A program made the translations under genes and the position numbers. 64,000 nt of DNA, from contig JALDZX010000064.1 of NCBI GenBank assembly GCA_022813865.1, positions 1 to 64,000 on the forward strand, in the 5' to 3' direction. The DNA is from Xylographa opegraphella. Lineage: Eukaryota. The notes beneath the pieces were generated by a model. That model had not been told where the DNA came from, ran no database searches, and saw nothing but the letters and a program-made list of their open reading frames with translations. This document shows, piece after piece, positions 12,794 to 24,968 of this stretch; within the stretch, counting starts at the first letter, position 1; each line of letters begins with the position of its first letter.

Positions 12794-15455
12794 CCGCGAG
12801 GCCGGAGGTGGTCAGTGGTAATTCACTATCCGCGTGGATCAGGCTTTGCTGACTGTGATAGCAGCTGTGATTCCCTGGTGGGCATGTGCGGGTCATTGAC
12901 AACCAGAGTTTGAAATGTGAGCGAATTAAACTATTCTGTGTTTTCTATGAGTCTTTTCGAGTTGGCAGCACGTGCTTTCGCAGAAGGAGTATCGTTGCAT
13001 GCCGAAATAACTTGCTTTCGTGGTAGGAATCTCTCATGTTAAGCAGAACAGGGGTTGAGATTGAATAGTACCGAACAACTTGAAGGCAACCTTGGCTCAC
13101 CGACACACATACAAGGAAGATTAAGGCCAGATTGGTCGACATGCCCGGCGCTTACACATGTTGCCAAAATAGTGAGCGAGGCTAAATCGATCGACAAAAT
13201 AACCGCCACGGCACGGAGAAAGGTAAAACAGCCGCCTGCGAGGCACTGTTTCCGGTCAATCGTAGATTTTGCTTGGTGCTTCGAGAACGCAGATGCGTAT
13301 CTGTAACGGACCGAAGTATCTCACCATCGCAACCGAAACTTCACTATCTTTCAAACATCAAGCTCTCTCCGAACTCTACAGCCACTTCTGCCGAAACACA
13401 TTTTATAATTCCCAAAGACAGTCGTAAGCAAGAAATTAAGCTTCCCGCGTGCGCAGCAATGCAGTATGACTTGCAGAACGGTGACAACCTGTGACAAACC
13501 CAAACAATACTAAGCTCTTCGCCCATAATTCTCAGAATCTTGCACGCTTTTCGCCTCATGCAAAGGCCTCCTCGAAATATATTCTCGGTAAATTAGGTTT
13601 ACGCTAACCGCATTCAGCCACTAACCAAACAAATGCTCGCACGTCTCCCATTGGTACCATGAAGCTTTAGGAGGAGTCCATCTAGCTACCACCTCATCAG
13701 AAATACCCACCGTAAGTATAAAAGATCTCAATTCCCCCCTGCTGCCATTTTCTGCGGCACCCTCCTTCCTTCCTCTTTCTAGTAATGGTGAGTCTTCTTC
13801 TCCCTTGCCTACAAAGCACCAACCGAGCACTGGCAGTTGCTGACCACTCGCCCAACTCTACAGGCCCTCTCCGAAGCTCGAAGCCATCTGCGAGTCTGGG
13901 AAGCCCGGGATGTGGATTAGGGAGTAGGGAAGAGGGAGGGCTATCGAGACACGACGATCACGAAGACAAGAGACTTGAAAGGATAGGGGCTTGGTTGAAT
14001 GAAGCAAATGGAGTCGCAAGAAGGCTCAGAATAATCGGGCTTTGGAAGATGAGCTGTCATGAAGCATGCGGCGCAGTTGTTTTTATATGGTGGGTGGTGA
14101 AAGGGCCGGGTCCATTCGGGACGGGCAAGCGAGCAGGATGAAGACGTTGTGAAGACTGGGGACCTTCGACGCTTTCATAAACTCTGCACTTGATATCACG
14201 CGGAGAGACAATGCAGGCGATATATGAAGCTCTATCTACTCGACTTGAGAGTCAATGTAGATCCCAAAGTATTCGAAATCCCACTGATGATGAGACAGAG
14301 CATTTCTGCTTCGTTCGTAAACTGATGTATCGTTTGCAAAGGGATCGTTTGAAAGACGCTCAATCTCAGAAATCACAGCCAGAGAAGGAAATAACTCGAG
14401 AGGCCACGGTGAAAGAGGAATAGCTTTGGTAAGACAGATAATCATGCTCTGGAGAGTCCATTAAAAGGTACAGCGAAAAACAGGGGTCCATTAGCCACAA
14501 AGTAGATAAATGGGGCTTGTTGAGAGCCAAGAAGAGGGCTTGAAGTCGGGGAGCTCATTCCTAGCTATGCAGCAAGGAAGATACTTCTAATACGATACAA
14601 AATGCGAACGATGCATAGTAGACCAGATACAGAAGGTCAACAGAGTTCCGGACAGACTTTCACAAAGAAATTTACGCAGTGACTATTTCACAGCGAGAGC
14701 AGTTGTGGAGATGGTAGGAATTGAATACGGCCGGAAGGAGTGAACGGTACTACGCAGTGTATCACTGCAGCTGCTATACACCGTAGGAGAGGGCGTAAAA
14801 CCGCTGGCAATGTAATCATGCCTGATGTCTATAGTAGTATACTGTTCTCGTTGTGTGTCATGGAATTCCGATAGGCTACATAGTCCCGTTTCGCTTCAAT
14901 CAATCGAAAGGCGCTTCAATAATGAATAAAGACACCAAACAAAAACCATGTTGTTGATATTCGGCTAGTATAGGCGAAGACCTAGCGCTCGGCCCATCGT
15001 TTCCCCATCCCGATCGAGTACAAGTACTATGCAGTCTAGACCCGTTCAGGCGTCCAGATCGTAACGTCCGTAAGGGCATGCGCCGCTGTCACGGCCTGTT
15101 CGAGCAACGGCCGTAATGTCACGATGGTTGTGAAAAGACTTCTTTCGCTGTCTCCGTTTCTGTTTACCATGTTGCAAGAACGAATGTGCTGCTACGAGCC
15201 CGTAGCCCTTTCCAGATCTACGCAGCATTCACGATGAGTCTTGTTGCCCTATCTGAGTCGTGCACGATATTCTCTAGTCTATCACGCTACCCAAATTCGA
15301 TCGTACAAGGCGGGTGGATGCTTAAGGTGTTAAACGACGCGAAGCATAGATACATTCTCTCTCTTAATCTTCAAATACATGAACCTCAACCAGGTTGCTA
15401 TTTCATATTGAACTCTTAATTCTTCGAAACTGCTTTTTTGTGTGACCGGGTGAAG

Positions 15456-17315
15456 ATGGCGCAGACGAAGTTCAAGGAAGATGAGCTTCCGGTCGAGATT
15501 GGCTCTCCTACTCTCGTGCAAGACGAACCTGTGATCCCCACCTCGCGTTTGGTTCTGGTGATAACCAGGTAGATAGGCTGGGAGCTTCTGATACAGCTTC
15601 ATCTCCCGTGCTGACGGGTGGGACAAAAGAAAGACTGACATCTCTTGTGCCTAGTATATGCTTCGGTCTCTTCCTCTCCATGATCGACACCTCGATCGTA
15701 GCCACCGCGCTCTACACCATTGGAGGTGATCTTCATTCGCAAACGAACAGCACCTGGATTGCACTCGCATACACCCTCTCCTACGTCGGCTGCACCGTCA
15801 TATTCGCCAGCGTTGGCGATGTCATCGGTCGCCGGAATGCCTTCGTGACCGCCTTCATCATCTTCATTGGTGCTTCCCTGGGCTGCGGATTCTGTCAGTC
15901 GCTCAACCAGCTCATTGCGTGCAGAGTGTTGCAGGGCGTCGGTGGCTCTGGCCTATACTCCCTTACCATGGTCATCATGTCCGAAGTAAGTCCACCGAAG
16001 ATGCGAGCTTGGATCGGCGGCATTGTCGGGATCGTATTGTCCTTCTCCAGCGTTCTCGGTCCCGTGCTCGGCGGCATCATCACATACTATACAACTTGGA
16101 GATGGATCTTTTGGATGAAGTGAGTAGTTTACCTTGGCCACCCACGAAGAGAGTCAGTCTGATGGATCCACAGTGCACCAATAGGTATCGTTCCCCTGGT
16201 CGTATTCTGTCTAGCATGGCCGAAACCGAATCAAATCCGCCACGCCGAGCGTCGACATTTCCGAGAACTAGATCTCGTGGGCTGCGCACTGCTCATCGCC
16301 GCATCCGTCCTCGTCGTTTTCGCCTTCCAAGAGGGCGGACTCAGTGTCAACGCATGGGGATCCGCAATATTCACAGCCCCCCTCGTCATCGGTTGCGTCT
16401 GCTGGATTCTCCTTTTCGGCTGGGAGGCAGTCGTCGCGCGCCAGTGGCAACACTCGATGGCCGCCATCTTTCCCCTGCGCCTCATGAAGCGGCGCGTCTA
16501 CGTCGCCGGCGTCCTGTGCACCCTGCTCAGCGGCTTCCCCTATTTCCTCGTGATCTTCAGCCTGCCGCTGCGCTTCCAAGTTGTCAACGACAAGAGCGCC
16601 CTCCTCGCCGGCATCGGCCTGCTCCCGATGCTCGGCTGCACCGCGGTCGGAAGCACTCTCGGCGGCGCGCTGAACTCGAAGAAGAATCGGGCCTTCCAGA
16701 CCCTGTTCGTGGCCGCCACCTTGATGTTGATCGGAAGCTGTCTGCTCTCCACGCTCTCCAACACCGGCGCCGTCGAACCCAAGACGTACGGCTTCCAAGT
16801 CTTCATCGGTCTCGGTTTCGGCCTCACGGTCTCGACCGTCAGCATCCTGGGCTCTGCGGAAAGCGAGCTCAGAGACAACGGTACGTACCCACTCACTAGC
16901 CAAAACACACGCCCACCACTGTAATACTAATCCTCCTCCTCACGCAGCTGTCGCTCAAGGCATCGTCGCCCAGGTCCGCGTCCTCGGTGGCAGCATCGGC
17001 ATCGCCGCCTCGACCGCCATCCTCGGCGTGACGCAGCGCCGCGAACTGACGGGCCTGGTGTCGCCCTCTCAACTCGCCTCGCTGCAGGCCGCGGCTCCGA
17101 CGCTTACCCCGGCGCAACTGCTGGCGGTGAAGCAAGCATACTCGGACGCCTTCGACGAGTCGTTGAAAGTGTGCGCGCTCGTGATGGCTGTGTGTGTCGT
17201 GGTGACGCTGGGCACGTTCCAGCGGAAGCCGATGCGCGTGGACGAGAGGATGGTACAGCGGGTGGTCGAGCAGCGGGACTATTTGGCGACGAGGGGTCTT
17301 GTAGAGAAGGCTTGA
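15456..17315 (+). CDS. MFS drug/H+ antiporter (DHA2, 14-TM type) efflux transporter, 4 exons
   Basis: DTSIVATAL, DVIGRR, RVLQGVGGSG, GPVLGG, WRWIFW motifs, hydrophobic helices; ATG exon at 15456 spliced into ORF 15608-16123. Confidence 0.9.
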
Positions 17316-17762
17316 GGGTCGAAACAAGATGTTGATCCGAGGGAAATGGAGGTAATGGATTGTGCTTGTTGTTTTCATGCATGCCTTCTAGAGTTGTGGA
17401 CAGTAAGACAGTCACTCTGGTATGCAAAAAGTTTTCAGTCAAAAAGGAGGACAAAGACTACTCTCTAATGTATTCAAATTAGCCTCTCAATAGTTTCCCG
17501 AATAGCAAAAGACGATTGTAAACTCATTCGAGGGATAATGTATACACTCATTCCGCGTAACCTATCCGAACAAAATAATATTTTAGCATACAGAAATGTT
17601 TAAAACAACAAGGTATCCACAACTCCGCTAAACTTTCCATCGCCTAACCAACGCCTCATTGTCTCTTTGGTCTCCGTTCGGAGATATTCATCTGGCCACC
17701 GCTTGGGAAATCAATCTGCTCATACTATCGTTCGCTGCATGTCCTTGGCTGGATCTGGCAAT

Positions 17763-18697
17763 CTAGTTGTTCTGCTGGCTGTTCAAGATCCGCAGAATCG
17801 CCAAGAAGAGGTTGATGATGTCCAAGTACAGGGATATCGCCGCAGCGATCTCTTCCTCCACGTGGTAGTGTCTCATCACCAACTGGGTATCCACCAATAT
17901 ATATCCACTGAATATAAGCGCGGCCACACCGCCGTAAATGAGCTCTGCCGTGCTATTGTAGGGGAAGAAGGCACCCATGAACCCGAAAAGGATCAGAGCC
18001 CAAAGACCACCGAACAGGTATGGTGCCCACGAGGTGAAGTCGTACTTAGTCTGGCATGCAAAAAGCGTAAGAGCGAGGAAGATGCCCAACGTAAGGATCA
18101 ATGCTTCCAAAACAATTTTGGAATTGTAGAACGATACGATGACAGAGATCGAATAGGCTTCTAGAGCGGTGAAGCCAGTGAGGAAGACTAAGTTTGTAGG
18201 ATACGATTTGCGTTTCCAAAAAGTGAGCAGCATGAAGGCGATGGCGCCAAAGAGTGACAGCCACATCATCCATGTGTTGGACTGGATCCAGGACTTGTAG
18301 GAGGTGCTGAAGTAGGAGATGGAGCTTAGAGCTACGGTAGCAAGAAGCTGGACGGTTCTATGTGGCTGTCAGTAATGTTGATGATTTTAAAAATGATTGG
18401 AGTTGCCTTACAGAATAGAGTAGACCTTGCGGATGAACTGCATGCGGATGGGTAGGGTGGCTTCTGCGACAGAGCCGCCAAACTGGGAAAATCAGCATAC
18501 AGAGCGACAAAGATGGTTGAAGTGAGTATATTCACCTTGAAGTCATCCGGAACATTGTCGTCTTCGCCTCTTGGGGCTCCCAGCAGGTCGTCGTTGGTAT
18601 GGCTCTCCGCTTGATAGGATGGAGGGGCTTGCGAATAGTCCCCTTCCTCGAAAGAGTCGCGCTGAGGAGCGGGAGCGTACTTCGTGTTTGCGGCCAT
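17763..18697 (-). CDS. BXI1: Bax inhibitor-1/TMBIM (Lifeguard-like) membrane protein, 3 exons
   Basis: N-term PPSY and VPDDFK, IRMQFIRKVYSI after splicing, C-term AAISLYLDIINLFLAILRIL. Confidence 0.92.
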
Positions 18698-19136
18698 CGT
18701 GAGCTGCTATACGAGAAGCCTGGGTGATGGAAGTGAAGCGGAGTGTATATAGGGCGTAGATTTGATTATGACAAGTGGAGCTGCACCTATGATGCTGTCA
18801 GCATGTGGTACATTTTAGCCTTTGTCAAGTGTGGCGGAGGTAGCGTCACATGACTTTAACGCCTTTTTGGCCAAGGCCTTCCATACGGTTCTAACCACTT
18901 CGAGCGCATGGCGTGTTGACTTGGCACACAACTCGACCTCCTGTGCACCTAGTTAGTAGACCTACAGCTAACCCTACAGAACGCCGGTAGATGTTGAATC
19001 ACGTCAGTCTTGCACAGTATGCACGAGTACCAGTAAAGAGTGAACTCTAGTTTATCTCTAAGTACCTATCTCTAAGCCTGTGACAGTTGAACCCTTAAAC
19101 AGCTCGGTCCAAAGAGTACATCTGCCTTGCCACTCT

Positions 19137-19192
19137 AAATCGTACACGCATGCATATTAAGAAAATCGTACACGCATGCATATTAAGAAAAT
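19137..19192. repeat. Perfect 26-bp direct tandem duplication (AAATCGTACACGCATGCATATTAAGA x2)
   Basis: Read directly. Confidence 0.9.
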
Positions 19193-19546
19193 ATTGGGAT
19201 CTCTAGGTTGCAAGCATCATATCGTATCAGTACACATACAAAGGAAATTCGTGACCTCGTCCCTGACTTCCCTTACCCCGTCGGTCATAGTCAGTGACTG
19301 CTTGCACGTCAGCTCAGAACTATCTATAGGTAAACTCATACATACCATCGGTTGCTTGACCATGTCATTTATCATCCCCCAGGGTTTTTGACATAACCCT
19401 TGAATCTGCTCCGACTAATGTGATAATTTGTTTGTGATTTCTGATAGTAGAGTAGAAACGAATGTTTGACAGTGGTTGTGTTCATCGAATTTCTGGTGTT
19501 CCATAATCCAGTTCTCCGCTTGAAGAATAGTGTCGTTAGCATGAAA

Positions 19547-20134
19547 CTAAATATTCATTACCAAATACATACCGAGAGCAGTGATTTCTTTATCACTCTT
19601 GGAAGTCCACCCCATGTACGTGATTTCAGCTTCCTTAGGTAATGCATCGAATTTCTGAACCCACAACCTGGGTTTCCTCCCGCCCTCGAACACAGACCAA
19701 TCCATTCCAACGAAAATTGGCTTAAGTTTATCAGCTTCGTCCTGCTGAATTTGGTGTGCGGCCTGCTGCTCTTTCTTCCCCATTGACACATGATCTTCTT
19801 CGCCCTTAGCGTTGTCATTGTCACCAGCATTGCCCTTCTTAACTCTGTCTTCCTTGACCTCATCTTGCCCAATTACACCCTTTCCAACGATGACAACTTC
19901 ATGTCGTAAATCATCTCCGGGCCCAGCGAATTTGCGGGTCAGTTCGTCCAGGTAGTCGTTGGTCATAGTTGGCTCGAATCTGGCTTTGAACACGTGGATT
20001 TGGCCATCAAATAGGTTTAGGTCTTTTGGTTTGTCCTTGACATCGTTTGAAGTGAGCCTGGCAAGGGCCTCGGCTCCAGTCAATGCGTCCTCATTTTTGA
20101 CCTTCGAATTCCCCTTCACTCTTACCTGTGACAT
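19547..20134 (-). CDS. Hypothetical protein, 195 aa, no recognisable family
   Basis: Uninterrupted ATG-started ORF with protein-like composition in an otherwise non-coding stretch. Confidence 0.6.
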   Translation of the reverse strand: MSQVRVKGNSKVKNEDALTGAEALARLTSNDVKDKPKDLNLFDGQIHVFKARFEPTMTNDYLDELTRKFAGPGDDLRHEVVIVGKGVIGQDEVKEDRVKKGNAGDNDNAKGEEDHVSMGKKEQQAAHQIQQDEADKLKPIFVGMDWSVFEGGRKPRLWVQKFDALPKEAEITYMGWTSKSDKEITALGMYLVMNI

Positions 20135-21612
20135 ATCCGAATAGGAACAATGGCAAAATTAAATGAAGTAATGTGAAGTTACGAATTGCAGCCTATCGAG
20201 GGATTCTATACCACAGAATGTAGTGCTATCGTATCGAGCAGAAGATAATTGTCGATGCTGGTTTACCCAGGAAAGATTTGAATGATGTATTGTGTTTTTA
20301 AGAGAAAGGCTTGCTTGAAGGGAAGAAGGCGCAGGTAGTTAAATAAGTAAGAGCATGTTGTACACGGATCACGGCTAAGTCAAGTTCGTACAACAAGCAC
20401 GTCACATGTGCAGAATTCAACGCGAATGCATGCATGTACGAAGTGAATTGGGCTATCACGTAACAATAACGTTGATGAATAAAGTGAGAATTTGAATGCT
20501 CTTGAAAGTGATACTCACAACTGATTCAAGCCCCGACGTATACAGTAACTCTGTCCAAACGCCGTATGAAATTAAGTGAAACCGATACCGAACGAGTTAT
20601 AATGTAAAGACTCTTTGAAAGTGAAGAGAATGCCAGGAGTCCAGGTGGCATTTGCCATCAGCCGCACGACATGATCTCACCTTGTAGTGAAGACATTATC
20701 TACATTTCAATGGCCTGTGTGACATGTTTTGAGGGTGGCAAGGCTTAAGCCTAAGCCGATATGCCGGAATCGTGAAGCAATCCTTCATAAGAAGTAGGTC
20801 CCAGGCATTCACAACGTGACTCCCAAAAGATAGGTTACTGACTATGGAGATATGAATTATACATCATCACACAAGAGAAAATGAGTTACTGAGCTCCCCA
20901 ACTGGCTGGGTAACTGAGACCAAATAATGTATACCTCTACTGTATTTAGTAGAAGGTTGAGGTGATGAAACGATGTCGCACATGAACAAACACACAACAA
21001 TCCATGGTTCCAAATATTCATACAAAGCCAAAGTCACGACATTATCCAGTCTCCTCCACATCGTGGCAATCCACTGAAGCTTATGCAAACAAGATAGAGG
21101 TATGTCATCCATGAACAAATACTCTGCGGCTCACTTGGCAGGACAGCGAGGTGCTTGAGATACAGCTATCTCGTAATTGTGAGGAATGATAAGATCACTG
21201 ATCAGCTCTTGGGCAGCGTTCAAAGAACAGGTTCTATAATTCCACAGAAATCCCAAAATCCACGAAGGTAGAGTATGGCACAGTATTATTGTTACTTGTG
21301 CCTGGCTTGCCCGAGAGTAAGGCTTACCTGAGGCATTAGATAGCAAGCCTGATCGTTCGTGTGAGGTAAAGGTAGGTAGGCTCGTAGGTACGTACCCATC
21401 TATAGACACTAATATCCGAGGCTAGTCCTAATTTAGGATGCCCTAGAGCCCAGACAGACGAGTATCTCAACAATATTGGTCGAGTTCACGACCTGGACAA
21501 GCTTTTGCCTCGCTTTGTGACGAGATGAGTTTGAATTGTGTTCCCTGCCATTGAATAGCAGAGAGCAGCCACAGTGTCTCGCTTCCGCTACTATTTCTAG
21601 ACAGATACCAAT

Positions 21613-22995
21613 ATGCAGAATTTGCTCGTCACATACAACTGTGGCCGAGAGCTCGTCGAGCCGGAGATATTCGCCCTCTATCTTGCAGAAAGCTTGCGAG
21701 GATATACAAACCCGGAGTTCATCGTTTTCTCTTTACAGGAGATTGCCCCAATTGCGTATGCTTTCCTCGGTGGTTCATTCTTAGTACCATATCTGGACCG
21801 AATACGTTATACTGTCGATCTTCTAGCCAAGAAACGTGGTGAGGTCAGACATGTGAGCCTCATAACCAGGAATGTAGGAATGACTGTCCTCATGGCTTTC
21901 ATTCGACCGGATCTGCTTGGTAATGTTCGCTGGATGGAGACAGGAGGGGTAGGAGTTGGGGTTCATGAGATGGGGAACAAGGGTGCTGTTGGTGTACGCC
22001 TTGGATATGCTGCTGAAGACGAGACAATGGAAATGACGTTCGTGGCCGCCCATCTAGCGCCTATGGAATGGGAGTTGCAGAGGAGGAATGAGGACTGGAG
22101 GAATATCGTCCAACAACTAGTCTTTATGCCAGTGGACAAAAAGGCAGTACGAAGATCACAGTTCAGAAATAGCGAAGACGAACCTTTACTGCCAGGCTCA
22201 GTGGATAATGCTTCAACTCCAACTTCCGGTATCTATACCCCTGTATCATATCTCTTTTTCGCTGGGGATCTGAATTACCGGACCTCCAGCTCCAAACCTA
22301 CACCCACAGACTTCTCGCGATATCCCCAACCCGCTCTGGACCAGACGAGCCTGAAGCATTACTCAAAGCTGCTAGAGTCCGATCAGCTGGCTGCGGAACT
22401 CCAAGCGCAAAACACTGCTCATGGCATGACCGAGGCTGAAATCGATTTCCCGCCAACCTACAAATACTCTGATGCCGCACGAGAGGTCGCTGCCGCAAAT
22501 GAGAAAATTCAATCCCCTCCGTTACAGAGGGCCAACACTTTATCCGAATCTGCCAACCGGGATGAACAATGGATGTGGGCCAAGCACCGCTGGCCCAGCT
22601 GGTGTGATCGTATTTTATACCTCGACATACCACATTGGATGAGCTCGCAAGATCCCAACGCCCGCATCCAAATACACAAGTATACAGCACTACCTCTCAT
22701 GTCCACTTCCGACCACCGACCTGTAATACTATTGTTATCGATCCCTCTCCGGCCGATACCGCCCCCTCATGATGAGGTTCTGGACAGAGATTGGCGTCTC
22801 GACCCACCCTTCCCTATCGATCCTCAATGGCGGCAGCGACGTCGAATAGCAAGATCGAAGGAGATACTCGTCGGTCTCTCCGCTTACCTAGGCTTGACGT
22901 GGGAAGGCCGTGGGATACTTATCGCTATGCTCATCGGTGCGTTGGGTGGTTGGGCTATTATTGTCAGCATGCTCCAGCCAGCAGTCCAGCTGTGA
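21613..22995 (+). CDS. INP54: Inositol polyphosphate 5-phosphatase with C-terminal membrane anchor (Inp54-like)
   Basis: VTYNCG, SLQEI, GNKGAV, FVAAHLA, FFAGDLNYR, FPPTYKY, WPSWCDRILY, SDHRPV motifs; hydrophobic C-tail; true start may lie slightly upstream. Confidence 0.88.
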   Translation: MQNLLVTYNCGRELVEPEIFALYLAESLRGYTNPEFIVFSLQEIAPIAYAFLGGSFLVPYLDRIRYTVDLLAKKRGEVRHVSLITRNVGMTVLMAFIRPDLLGNVRWMETGGVGVGVHEMGNKGAVGVRLGYAAEDETMEMTFVAAHLAPMEWELQRRNEDWRNIVQQLVFMPVDKKAVRRSQFRNSEDEPLLPGSVDNASTPTSGIYTPVSYLFFAGDLNYRTSSSKPTPTDFSRYPQPALDQTSLKHYSKLLESDQLAAELQAQNTAHGMTEAEIDFPPTYKYSDAAREVAAANEKIQSPPLQRANTLSESANRDEQWMWAKHRWPSWCDRILYLDIPHWMSSQDPNARIQIHKYTALPLMSTSDHRPVILLLSIPLRPIPPPHDEVLDRDWRLDPPFPIDPQWRQRRRIARSKEILVGLSAYLGLTWEGRGILIAMLIGALGGWAIIVSMLQPAVQL

Positions 22996-23653
22996 ACATC
23001 AGCGCCAGCGTCTATCAGCAGGAGATATAATGCTCTACTGCGCCATGACATGCAAGCTCGGCAGGACAGCCTCAGCTATCCCGCAAGTACGTCAATATCA
23101 CAAATCTACAAGCGACTATCCCCTTGCTGATTTTGTTCTAGGTATCACGATCGTCGGCACATACTTATATGACCAACAATTCTAAGTGCTCTCGCGGAGA
23201 TATGTCTACGCTAAGGCATAGCCGTCATCGTAGCTTGTTGAACTCTCAGTCGTGCATTATAGATATCGTCCGAATTCATCATCCTGATTCTTTCTATCGG
23301 TCGCCCTCGGTGCATTGCGAATCAGCAACTCACATGACCAGCTAATACGAAAAGCCTGAGGACCATGGAAGTTTTCTAGTGCGGTCTGAGATACAGCGTG
23401 CTTATGGGATCGTATCACGCGTCCGTAGCGAGAACACATGTGACATATAAGCAGCGCGGACATCTACTCTTTAAAGCAGTTATATTTAGTCAGCTCTATT
23501 CAATTGAGGATCTGGTAGTGGTTAGAGAGTATGAGAGTAAGCCTCGAATATTCACTCGTGGGACAGATGGAAATAATCATGCACGCTGACAGCGGAGCAT
23601 ATACTCATCGGTTGCAATACAAGCATCTTGTTACAGTATCAACATCATATCCT

Positions 23654-24968
23654 CTACTCCACCCTCGTCGGGATCTTGATCTGCCCCCTCTTCCGGTCCT
23701 GATGCGGCACGCCATACCTGGCTCCCACTCTTGCGCCCTTCCCCTCTCGCACTCTACTCTCCACATCTACATCACGGAACCTGAACTCCCATCGCGCGCC
23801 CATCACTCTCGTTGTTTCCCTCTCCTCCCTCTCCCTTCGCGCGTTCTCCTTCTCCTCCTTTTCCGCATCCTCAATTCGCATTCTCTCCCTGGCCCGCAAG
23901 ACTCGCTCTTGCCTATTTAATCCATCTGGGTGCACCCTTGCCATCTCTACCAGCTCTGGGTGCGGGATACGCTCGTCTGCTGGAAGGAGCGTGTGGTTGA
24001 AGACCTTTCCGGCGTCGAGGCGCGTGAACTGACGGGACTCGGAGACGGGGTGGAAAATTTGGCGGAGGGTGTCGCGGTGGACGGGGAGGTCATTAATGGA
24101 CTCGTGGGGGACCGGAGTTGTTATGGAAGAAAATGGCGTTTGAGGAAGCATACCAAGGACGGCACGAGCATAAGCTCCGGCGAGTGGTTTGCCCTAATCC
24201 AAGGGTATCTTGTTAATTCGGGTTTGTTTAAAAACGTGAAAGTGTGACATGGTGGAAAGGGGGAGTGTCAGAGAGTTGTAATTTGTTTTAGTAACCATGG
24301 GGGAGTCTTCAAGACTAATCGATTTGTGTTATCTCATCCTTTGCTATGCTCATTGTGCGAGTTTGACTGGTGGAAATCGAACGTACCTTGTCTACCCACT
24401 CCTTCTCCACGCTTTTCAACCGCACAACAGCCCCCACCCTCCGCATCTCGACTCCCAGTTCTGCGCTGACAAGGCGAACACTCTTTCCTTGCTGCGTCAC
24501 TCTCTTGTAGATCTCTTCTTTCAGCTCATCGCTCAGCACCGCCTGGCTCCGAAACTGCCTGTTCAGGGGAAACGGCATCAGGTCGTCTGCGGTTTCGGGT
24601 GGGAGTGATTCTCCACTAGCAATATTGGGGGTCGTGTTCTTTGGCTTGTCCTCGTCACTCAAATCATCCAGCTCCTCATCTGCGTCTTTCGGTTTGGTTC
24701 TGCCGGCAGCTTGAAGCCGTATAAGTTTGCCACTTGCGTCGTATGCGTTGAGGTAATTAGTGGAGCCGGGGAAAGGATTCCGAAAGACAGAGCCGGGACC
24801 GTTGAGCCATCGGAACATTTGTTGTCGTTGTCGAGTCTCATGGTAAGGTGATGAGGAGAAGAAGTGGGATTGAGAAGGGCAGACGCATTGGCAGCGTGGT
24901 ATGGGAAGTTGTGCGAGTTGAGGCGAAGTGGAAGAGGGAAGAGCTTTTCGACTTATTCGTGGAGGCAT
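23654..24968 (-). CDS. MRPS35: Mitochondrial small-subunit ribosomal protein mS45 (Mrps35/Bot1 family); exons 24968-24387, 24193-23654
   Basis: Mitochondrial-type leader; PFPLNRQFRSQAVLSDEL, RVGAVVRLK, QIFHPVSESRQFTR, RYGVPHQDRKRG motifs. Confidence 0.88.
24266..24342 (-). ncRNA. Candidate intronic box C/D snoRNA
   Basis: Inside the 193-nt mS45 intron on the sense strand: C-like AGGATGA (24340-24334), guide TCGATTAGTC(TT) antisense to LSU rRNA AAGACUAAUCGA, D'-like TTGA, C'-like ATGGTTA, D box CTGA (24271-24268). Confidence 0.7.

Noticed and set aside
13785..14141. 118-aa unspliced ORF
   Set aside because: It reads through a strong 76-nt intron whose removal changes the frame; the sequence is not protein-like
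14285..14370. TGATGA...CTGA words suggesting a C/D snoRNA
   Set aside because: No recognisable rRNA-antisense guide and no well-placed terminal D box
15919..16903. Long alternative-frame and antisense ORFs (326 aa +, 211 aa -) over the MFS gene
   Set aside because: Arg/Pro-rich shadow ORFs expected from GC-rich codon usage; the MFS frame explains the region
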